Source of the DNA: a bacterium
GTDB lineage: Bacteria > Patescibacteriota > Saccharimonadia > Saccharimonadales > Saccharimonadaceae
DNA length: 64,000 nt
Direction: 5' to 3'
Assembly: GCA_030429975.1 (NCBI GenBank)
Contig: JAUIGB010000001.1
Location: 44,190-108,189, forward strand
In this document: positions 57,121-64,000 of the stretch, one piece after another
Layout: the number at the start of each line of letters is the position of its first letter
Position numbering within the stretch: position 1 is the first letter of the stretch
Made by a program: the position numbers and the translations under genes
The notes under the pieces: generated by a model
Seen by the model: only the letters and a program-made list of their open reading frames with translations
Database searches by the model: none
What the model was told of the DNA's origin: nothing

Positions 57121-58545
57121 TTATAAGTTGCTGTACAGGCAATCATACTGCAAACGCTCAGCTGGAACAAAGTTATCATTAAACAAAGGCTCTCCTTTTA
57201 ACACCAGTGGTCTAGATCCGTCGAACACAAAAGGCTGTCTGCTATAAGCCAAGATCATATTCGTTGATCGGTCATCTTCGTCCTGTATGTCATACCGAGC
57301 AAAGTCAAAGTACGCCCTATATGGTGCATCCATGGCGTTCAGTGTTTCCTTACACGCCCCTGTCGTATTAGCTATTACATTCGCAGCCACGACACCGTCC
57401 GAAGCGGTAATTCTCTCTATTTGCCGTCCATACTCCCTACTCATGAACGTAAAAGGAACTTCTATATCGCCGTATACGTCTATCAATATCACATCATAGG
57501 TACGATTCGTTTGATTCACAAACGTCCTTGCATCCTGAAAAATCAAATTAACATTTGGTGGGTCATCGTAGAAAAAATACTCTCGGGCAATTTCTGCCAG
57601 GCGCGGGTCTATTTCAACCACGTCTATATTCGAATCAGGATATTTATCCGCCAGGTATCGAGGAATGACGAACGCGCCACCACCTAGAACCAATATATCG
57701 TCATGGTTAAGGACATGTTCCACCAGGCTTGCCATCTTTTGGGCATACCAATACGCCAATTCATCAGGTTTTTCTGGATCTACACCTGATTGCGCGCCTC
57801 TGGGACCCGTAACCAACCAACGCACGCCATCGGATTCCAGCACGTTGTAATGCGAGGTCGGCGTATCTATAGCGACAACATTGCTAACAGGCGTCGAAAA
57901 ACCAACCACCACCAGAGTTGCCAAGCTTACGCCCAGTCGCAATTTCCACTGCACGCGTGGAATCAATAACCAACTAATAGCCACCATAGTGACAGCAGTT
58001 ATGGCCAATGTTTCGTGTGCCCCTATATATCCAAACAATATAAATCCCGTTACGAATGTGCCCGATATACTGCCTATGGCGTTCATGGCAGACAGTCCCG
58101 CGATAGAGCGACCCGTCGACGACAGCGACCGCACTTTTAGTTTTGCGAGATATGGACTAATCATACCCAGTGCCAAGCTGGCGGGAGCGAATAACAACAA
58201 AGACGCGATTACGCCTTGTAGCCGCGGATCGACTATATTTTGTGACGCCCAATCTATCACCCCGCTATACCAAACCATGGTGCAGGCAATTAAAAATCCC
58301 GAGACCAACGACAGTCTAGCAACATCAATCGCGTAACCCCTGCTATCTGCCAACTTGCCACCTAGCCAATATCCCACGCTAAGGGCCGCGATAATCACGC
58401 CAATCACGCTTGTCCATACATAAATAGAACTGCCAATTCCAGGCGCCAATATCCTAGCACCAGCAAGTTCGAATGCCATCAATGCAAAACCGCTGACAAA
58501 TGCAAACGCCTCTAGCTTTCCAAATCTAACCGCTACCTTTTTCAC
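57121..58545 (-). CDS. Fused MFS-like/spermidine synthase-family protein
   Basis: N-terminal TMs (SGFALMAFEL, GYWLGG), LVLGGG, VEIDP, DAR, YDVILIDVY. Confidence 0.9.
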   Translation of the reverse strand: MKKVAVRFGKLEAFAFVSGFALMAFELAGARILAPGIGSSIYVWTSVIGVIIAALSVGYWLGGKLADSRGYAIDVARLSLVSGFLIACTMVWYSGVIDWASQNIVDPRLQGVIASLLLFAPASLALGMISPYLAKLKVRSLSSTGRSIAGLSAMNAIGSISGTFVTGFILFGYIGAHETLAITAVTMVAISWLLIPRVQWKLRLGVSLATLVVVGFSTPVSNVVAIDTPTSHYNVLESDGVRWLVTGPRGAQSGVDPEKPDELAYWYAQKMASLVEHVLNHDDILVLGGGAFVIPRYLADKYPDSNIDVVEIDPRLAEIAREYFFYDDPPNVNLIFQDARTFVNQTNRTYDVILIDVYGDIEVPFTFMSREYGRQIERITASDGVVAANVIANTTGACKETLNAMDAPYRAYFDFARYDIQDEDDRSTNMILAYSRQPFVFDGSRPLVLKGEPLFNDNFVPAERLQYDCLYSNL

Positions 58546-58548
58546 TAT

Positions 58549-59124
58549 CTATAGTGTATCAGTTTTGGGGTGCTTTTTTGGGTTCTCGGCGGCAACACAA
58601 TACAGGACGGTTATGGGCGTACCCACGCCAACCGGAAAGAATAATTGATGCCTTCGTGAAATCAAGCCGCTCCCTCCAACAAACTGTGATGTATTTTCTA
58701 TCCATTGAGCCACTTCGTCGCCGATTACAGGTCTCACATCGTTCTCGTATTCATCCACTAGCATCTGTACAACCTCGTCCGCAGGAGCGCCCGTGGACAT
58801 ATATACTTGCTGTATTCGGGCTTCTTTGGCGTTTATCATGTTTGGTCGACCATGCGCCGTCTCTGCCAGCATTACGCCCAGGCCTGCGCCTATCGCCATC
58901 GCTCGTAACGTATTTACCCTGTCCCCCTTATCGTCTTTGTTTTCGACTGCCGAGTCCGACAAAAACCTCAACGTACCCAGTAAGCCCTTTGGTAACAATC
59001 TTGCCTCGTCAATTGCCTTGTCTATCATTTGTTCGGTAGTGCCGTAGCGTTCGTCCAACTGTAATACGGCGTCCAAATAATCATCCGAGGACGGGACTTT
59101 AAATGTTTCGCTATCCCATTTCAT
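58549..59124 (-). CDS. Hypothetical protein
   Basis: 191-aa ORF with upstream TATGAT; no motif recognised. Confidence 0.7.
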   Translation of the reverse strand: MKWDSETFKVPSSDDYLDAVLQLDERYGTTEQMIDKAIDEARLLPKGLLGTLRFLSDSAVENKDDKGDRVNTLRAMAIGAGLGVMLAETAHGRPNMINAKEARIQQVYMSTGAPADEVVQMLVDEYENDVRPVIGDEVAQWIENTSQFVGGSGLISRRHQLFFPVGVGTPITVLYCVAAENPKKHPKTDTL

Positions 59125-59179
59125 GTAATCAAATCATACCACTTTTTGACCCCTGTTCAAGCATTGGCACGTTGTGGTA

Positions 59180-59213
59180 AATAGTTGACGTGTTAATAGT
59201 TAACATGTTAACC
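59180..59213. promoter_or_regulatory. Tandem palindromic operator upstream of the MarR gene
   Basis: GTTGACGTGTTAAT followed by perfect GTTAACATGTTAAC. Confidence 0.7.
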
Positions 59214-59233
59214 TTTTTTTAGGAGGACATAAA

Positions 59234-59668
59234 ATGTCATTTGATTTTAGCCAAACCTATTTATATAAAATGCACCGTTTAACAAACTCGCTGGACCAGA
59301 CATTCGATACTGCCCTGCGTCAACATGCGAATATAGGGCTGTCACAGTTCAGTCTTCTCTTGTCTGTTCAACAACAAGAACCTGTTTCACAGTCAAACGT
59401 AGCACGGTATCTAGACGTCTCCCCCGCCGCGGTGAGCCGGCAAGTAGACCAGGCTGTCAAAAACGGCTGGGTTAATCAGGTCGAGTGTGACGGCGATCGT
59501 CGCACCCAAGAATTGAGAATTACGAACGCCGGAAAAGATAAGATTCAACATGGTATAGCGAGTCTAGAAAGCGGTGTTTTTGACGTATTCAAGGATGATA
59601 ACCGTCAAACAAACCTCATGGACCACATTGACACCCTTCAACTGAACATCAACAAACTTCAGAACTAG
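59234..59668 (+). CDS. MarR-family transcriptional regulator
   Basis: GLSQFSLL, VSPAAVSRQV, GWV, DRR…ITNAG; SD AGGAGG. Confidence 0.9.
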   Translation: MSFDFSQTYLYKMHRLTNSLDQTFDTALRQHANIGLSQFSLLLSVQQQEPVSQSNVARYLDVSPAAVSRQVDQAVKNGWVNQVECDGDRRTQELRITNAGKDKIQHGIASLESGVFDVFKDDNRQTNLMDHIDTLQLNINKLQN

Positions 59669-61050
59669 TTGCCAGTAGTATTCTGCGAGGTGCTGTAGTC
59701 GTTTCGCAAAGATTCCTGCGGTGATTTTACGTCCGCGCTAGAGGAGTTCGCGAACAAATGTATTGCCGTGGCCGCGGAAGCCACCAATCCAAGCGCAATC
59801 AAGACGCCCTTCCCTACATCCTTGGTTGTCTCGTGACGATCCAAAAACTCCGCTGGTGACATGTGTTTTTTGTTTGGGGCGTTTTTGCGAAGGTACTTTA
59901 CAAGACTCTCCAGCTCTTTTCGGTCACGCACTTCCTCGATGCATTCAATAACATCTATACTTGGGAAAGCCTCTTTCAAAGACTGCTTCAAGACCTCCGT
60001 CGGAGTTTGTCCGTTCTCATTGTCAAATTCTCCGTCATCAAAAAGTACGCCGATAAATTCACGGATATCTATGGGTCGCGTACCCATAGTGGTCAGGATA
60101 TATAGCAAATCACGCTCTATCTCATACACGGCATCTTTGCGCTCACTTTTGTATGGATTGATGACGTCTACGCTATTCCCTTTGTGCATGGCGTCCGATA
60201 GATGCTCAATGGTTGCTTCATTGATTGCCCGGGGACCATATTCACTAGGATCCTCAAATAACTTTTTTAGACCTGACGTGCAACAAATATCATCCGTGTC
60301 CGTTATGCCCTCGCAGACATGTAAAAGTTCGTGTAGAAACAACTCTCTATACTTTGATGGCGGATAGTAAGGATCTACGACTATCTCGCTTTGGTTACCT
60401 TCGTGTACTATCGCCGTCGCCATGACGCCTAGCATGTAAGTCCCCCTGCCTTCGTCCATAACAACCGCTAGGTTATCAAACCTACCTTCAGCTATTTCCA
60501 TAACCCATTCAGGCACCCACCCCTTGTCGATTGCGCCCTGAAGTTCGCACATAAATACTTCTTTTTGCGCGTCAAAGTGCATCATCATCCTATGATTTGC
60601 TAGTTGGATATTGTAGTTATGCCATTGTAGAAAGTTTATAAATTGATCGTTGCTAACTGCCCAGGTCATATCCTTGTTTCTCTCTAGCAATCTACCTATA
60701 TACTCTTTGTTGCCACTCCAATTTACGTCTTTAACATCTAGTATTCTGTCTAGGGTTGGGCTCTGTTTGTGGCCAGCTAGGTACTTATTAAGACGTTTTT
60801 TATTGGCTATTGATAAATTTTCTATATATTTTCGGACATCCCTGATTTCGCTTTTTGTGTCCGCCGTCAGTCCAGCATCTTCTAGGCCTTGTATCTCGTG
60901 GTATGCCATGATGATAGTATTATCGACTGCGTTTGCACCTAGCCCCACACTGTAGTCCACAATGTTGTCAGCAAAAAACTCGCTCTTGTCGAATCCGCCA
61001 AGATCGTCGTCGTTGCAATCCAAAACTCGTTGTACAGCTAGCTCACTCAT
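59665..61050 (-). CDS. Orphan zinc metallopeptidase-like protein with C-terminal TM
   Basis: HELLH plus downstream NEATIE (gluzincin pattern); promoter TTGACT-17-TAAAAT at 61069-61097. Confidence 0.65.
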   Translation of the reverse strand: MSELAVQRVLDCNDDDLGGFDKSEFFADNIVDYSVGLGANAVDNTIIMAYHEIQGLEDAGLTADTKSEIRDVRKYIENLSIANKKRLNKYLAGHKQSPTLDRILDVKDVNWSGNKEYIGRLLERNKDMTWAVSNDQFINFLQWHNYNIQLANHRMMMHFDAQKEVFMCELQGAIDKGWVPEWVMEIAEGRFDNLAVVMDEGRGTYMLGVMATAIVHEGNQSEIVVDPYYPPSKYRELFLHELLHVCEGITDTDDICCTSGLKKLFEDPSEYGPRAINEATIEHLSDAMHKGNSVDVINPYKSERKDAVYEIERDLLYILTTMGTRPIDIREFIGVLFDDGEFDNENGQTPTEVLKQSLKEAFPSIDVIECIEEVRDRKELESLVKYLRKNAPNKKHMSPAEFLDRHETTKDVGKGVLIALGLVASAATAIHLFANSSSADVKSPQESLRNDYSTSQNTTGN

Positions 61051-61160
61051 ATCAAAAATCTTCGCGTTATTTTACCACAATAATATCTGTTAGTCAATAT
61101 TCTCGCCTCTGTTAGGTATTGACATTTATTTATCCTTATGCTATTATTGATGGGTCAATC

Positions 61161-61667
61161 ATGAAAAATAAAAACGTACCAACCCTAGAACACACACATA
61201 GTACCCACGAAAACCTAGTCGATATTGTCGATGGAGTCAGGCTATTGCGGGGCGCCGATTTATCGGCCCTTGTAGATGCCTTGCCTCAACACTCCCGGCA
61301 CGATGATGGCACTGACACACCAGACATGAAAACAGAATTCGACAAATCGGTTCTAGACAAATTCGTACACGAAAACCTGAGTTCGGAAGTTGGTGAAGAA
61401 TTTGGATTGCATGACGCCTGGGTAAATGTATACGCACCCGAGGATATCATGTACGCGCACAGGGACTGGTCAGAGCCACGACCTGCAAAAACCGTTATAG
61501 CTAACGTGACGGGTCAGGCTATGGTACTGTTTCCAGAAACCAACACTACTCTAGAGGTAGACGAAGGCGATGTCATAATCCTAGATGGCATGACAAATCC
61601 AGAACACGAAGTCATGTCTGTGGGCGACCGCGTATCAGTCGTCGGATTGTATACTTACCCAGAATAA
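61161..61667 (+). CDS. 2-oxoglutarate/Fe(II) dioxygenase-like protein
   Basis: VNVY…HRD…HEV…RVS motif; promoter TTGACA-17-TATTAT at 61119-61147 sets the start at ATG 61161. Confidence 0.75.
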   Translation: MKNKNVPTLEHTHSTHENLVDIVDGVRLLRGADLSALVDALPQHSRHDDGTDTPDMKTEFDKSVLDKFVHENLSSEVGEEFGLHDAWVNVYAPEDIMYAHRDWSEPRPAKTVIANVTGQAMVLFPETNTTLEVDEGDVIILDGMTNPEHEVMSVGDRVSVVGLYTYPE

Positions 61668-62297
61668 CTATTTAGCGTAATATCGGCGCAATAATGGCGT
61701 GACGACCGTGCCAAGTACGTCCAAAACAGCAAATGCACCAAGGAATCTAAAGAAAGATTCATCAATACCGTCACCAGATGCGAATACTAGATAAATCAAC
61801 ATCAGCGCGACGACCGTGACGAATCCAATCGTAGCCGATCGGGCGTGTATCACTATCTTTTTCTTTGAGTCTATCAACAAAAGTAATGACGTATGAGCAG
61901 CCGCGTATGACATTACTGCTAGTATCAGGAACGTCTTGCCCCATGTTTCACCGGTCAATACTTCCCATATCAAACCTGCGGCGGTAACAAAGCCCGCGAT
62001 GGACGCGACTACTCCAAAAAATACGAATAAATCATGTTTTTTATTCCCCGATAGGGCCGTGCTCGCTAATCCCGCCAGGCTAAAGATACCAACCGCCAAG
62101 GTTGTCAGTAATAATCGTAATTCAACTTCGCCAAAGGTTCCTAGCAAAAATATAAACACCGCGACTGCGGCACTGGCTATCAAAGACAAGACTAACGCGA
62201 ACAAATACGCTTTTTTCATGTTTCGTGGTGTCCACCTCCAGTCCTGTTTCTTAGCGACTTTTTTTGACTTTTTCCTACCCATTTTCCTGCTCCTCAT
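61668..62297 (-). CDS. Hypothetical multi-pass membrane protein
   Basis: About six hydrophobic helices. Confidence 0.8.
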   Translation of the reverse strand: MRSRKMGRKKSKKVAKKQDWRWTPRNMKKAYLFALVLSLIASAAVAVFIFLLGTFGEVELRLLLTTLAVGIFSLAGLASTALSGNKKHDLFVFFGVVASIAGFVTAAGLIWEVLTGETWGKTFLILAVMSYAAAHTSLLLLIDSKKKIVIHARSATIGFVTVVALMLIYLVFASGDGIDESFFRFLGAFAVLDVLGTVVTPLLRRYYAK

Positions 62298-62700
62298 TAT
62301 TGTTCAATGTAATATCACCTATTGTCGGATGTGCCAAACTACCGCCCCGTGAATAGATTCCTTCTACGGTTATGGTCTTGTTCATCGGTAGATCCACAAT
62401 ATCTTGACTGTCGTCATCGTGACTGCGCAACATGTAATACCTGCCCGTATCGTCCTGTAAGCCGTAGATGCATACCGTTGTACTTGGTGCTCTGGTGTCC
62501 TTTGGTGGCAGGCAAACCACTTTTCCCTCAATGCTAATAGGGCCTTCTTTTGGCAACATCGCTGTCTCGTTATTTGGGATAGGTGCATCACTAGTCAGCC
62601 GGGCGAATACAATTCCACCAAACAGCGTCAGCATTAATACAGATAGTATTATCGCCGCACGCAATTGAGAATTCCCCCAAATCCTTTTAATCATAAGCAT
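62275..62700 (-). CDS. Hypothetical exported protein (OB-fold-like)
   Basis: N-terminal TM; IEGKVVCLP…CIYGL…ITVEG. Confidence 0.7.
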   Translation of the reverse strand: MLMIKRIWGNSQLRAAIILSVLMLTLFGGIVFARLTSDAPIPNNETAMLPKEGPISIEGKVVCLPPKDTRAPSTTVCIYGLQDDTGRYYMLRSHDDDSQDIVDLPMNKTITVEGIYSRGGSLAHPTIGDITLNNNEEQENG

Positions 62701-62749
62701 ATATTATCAAATAATGATACATAGTGATAGAACATCGTATAATCGTGCC

Positions 62750-63280
62750 ATGAGCAAACGCATTGGCATATATCCTGGAACATTTGATCCCGTACACGCG
62801 GGGCACATAGCATTTGCGCGAGAAACCATGCGCCTTTGCAACCTAAACAAGGTCTACTTTCTACCAGAGCCAAAACCACCCAAAAAACCAAATGCCACGG
62901 ATATCGTGACGCGAACGACCGCCCTTCGCAAGGCATTATCCAATATTGATGGCCTGGAGGTTTTTCAGCCCGGGTCAGAACAATATTCAATAGCTGATAC
63001 GTTACCCAAACTAACCAGTGCCTTCAAAGACACCGAATTTACTATGATGGTCGGATCTGATTCGTTCCGTTCACTGATAGACTGGCAGGATATAGATATC
63101 TTGCTACGCGGTCATAACTTCGCGGTCGGACTTCGAGGCGACGACACAGAGCAAGACATGGAAAAATCCGCGAAAGAATTCCAAGAAAAAATGGACCTAA
63201 AGCTGAACTACAAAATTATTCATAATCCCGACACAAAAAATATTTCGTCTACACGAATACGCGCCAAACGCGATAAATAA
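62750..63280 (+). CDS. nadD: Nicotinate-nucleotide adenylyltransferase-like
   Basis: GTFDPVHAGH, VGSD…W, ISSTRIR; start moved to ATG 62750. Confidence 0.82.
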   Translation: MSKRIGIYPGTFDPVHAGHIAFARETMRLCNLNKVYFLPEPKPPKKPNATDIVTRTTALRKALSNIDGLEVFQPGSEQYSIADTLPKLTSAFKDTEFTMMVGSDSFRSLIDWQDIDILLRGHNFAVGLRGDDTEQDMEKSAKEFQEKMDLKLNYKIIHNPDTKNISSTRIRAKRDK

Positions 63281-63361
63281 TGTCTAAAAAAGGACAAGCA
63301 GACATGCGAGCTGGCAGTGACTCGGGTAGAACCGAGCCACTCGCCTGCCCCTATGCATTTG

Positions 63362-63541
63362 TTAGACACGGTTTTGGTCCAGTATAGAGCGGACCATTCG
63401 AGCGCGTTCATTGTCGCCCCATGGGGCGATCAGTTCACGAATCTCGCGTACAGCCTTTTCGAGTCTCTGTTCTCTCGTAGGTCCAAGTCCTGGACATGAT
63501 CGACCTCCGTGATAGTTGCCGCAGAGCGTGCACAGATACAT
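63362..63541 (-). CDS. 59-aa protein with C-x2-C-x3-H-x4-C motif
   Basis: Hand-translated MYLCTLCGNYHGGRSCPGLGPTREQRLEKAVREIRELIAPWGDNERARMVRSILDQNRV*; TAATG coupling to the upstream ORF. Confidence 0.6.
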   Translation of the reverse strand: MYLCTLCGNYHGGRSCPGLGPTREQRLEKAVREIRELIAPWGDNERARMVRSILDQNRV

Positions 63542-63705
63542 TATGTTGTCTCTGCTTGCTCGGCGGGCTGTGCTTTGGTTTCGGAGTTGTATTTGGCGTT
63601 CTCGGCCATCGACTTGTAATAGCCGGCCATTGGACCGTTATCGCTCTCGCACCGAGTGCAAGGACCGCCGGGTCCACCCGAGTAGCCATGGTAATAGCAA
63701 TCCAT
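63541..63705 (-). CDS. 54-aa protein with C-x2-H…C-x2-C motif
   Basis: Hand-translated MDCYYHGYSGGPGGPCTRCESDNGPMAGYYKSMAENAKYNSETKAQPAEQAETT*; SD AAAGGA. Confidence 0.6.
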   Translation of the reverse strand: MDCYYHGYSGGPGGPCTRCESDNGPMAGYYKSMAENAKYNSETKAQPAEQAETT

Positions 63706-63852
63706 GTCTTTCTTCCTTTGTCTAAGATTGTCTGCTTGTCAAAAAGCTACTCGTCATTCGAGCGCCTTTATAATCTAGCCATATCTGGGGTGTAGAGGCA
63801 AGCTTGAGCAAGAAGAAACGAGCCCATCCACTAGGGATGCGCTCGCCTCTCC

Positions 63853-63942
63853 TGGCGGAGAGAACAGGATTCGAACCTGCGGTACGATTGCTCGCACACA
63901 CGCTTTCCAAGCGTGCTCCTTCAACCACTCGGACACCTCTCC
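63853..63942 (-). tRNA. tRNA-Ser (anticodon GGA)
   Basis: GGAGAGG acceptor, CACGC-TTGGAAA-GCGTG anticodon arm, long variable arm, GGTTCGAATCC, encoded CCA. Confidence 0.97.
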
Positions 63943-64000
63943 TCGTCGGCATTCACTCAGTGTTCTCGCTTACGAACATGTTCGTAAGCTGGCACATCTA

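Noticed and set aside
63700..63942. Prophage or island integrated at tRNA-Ser
   Set aside because: No integrase and no duplicated tRNA 3' end found in the window.
63435..63952. ORF-track entries 63435-63689, 63496-63795, 63516-63725 and 63722-63952
   Set aside because: Overlap the tRNA or are alternative frames of the better-supported SD-led, TAATG-coupled small ORFs.

Overview
Streamlined bacterial chromosome segment, most genes on the minus strand, genetic code 11. The gene content (several GFTIVELLIV pilins, TrmB and MarR regulators, degenerate DHH protein, PAKK-tailed S20, very short leaders) points to Candidatus Saccharibacteria (TM7, Patescibacteria/CPR); this assignment is inference. 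Housekeeping genes (ftsK, rnj, pnp, rpsO, truB, rpsT, holA, mutM, polA, rpoD, dnaG, orn, argS, pyrG, zwf, nrdAB, nadD-like, tRNA-Ser) are interleaved with stand-alone orphan genes that carry near-consensus sigma70 promoters. Main leads: (1) a ribonucleotide reductase whose alpha subunit lacks the C-terminal shuttle cysteines, while an unannotated 57-aa ORF between nrdA and nrdB ends in CEGCE, and whose beta subunit has the tyrosine-less class Ic signature; (2) two degenerate RpoD paralogues plus two WhiB proteins beside rpoD, although no local sigma has the LRHP WhiB-docking motif, suggesting they act on an actinobacterial host; (3) a ~275-nt multi-hairpin ncRNA candidate and a riboswitch-like attenuator; (4) several host-envelope-attack or effector candidates. 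No CRISPR array, rRNA, transposase or integrase was seen.
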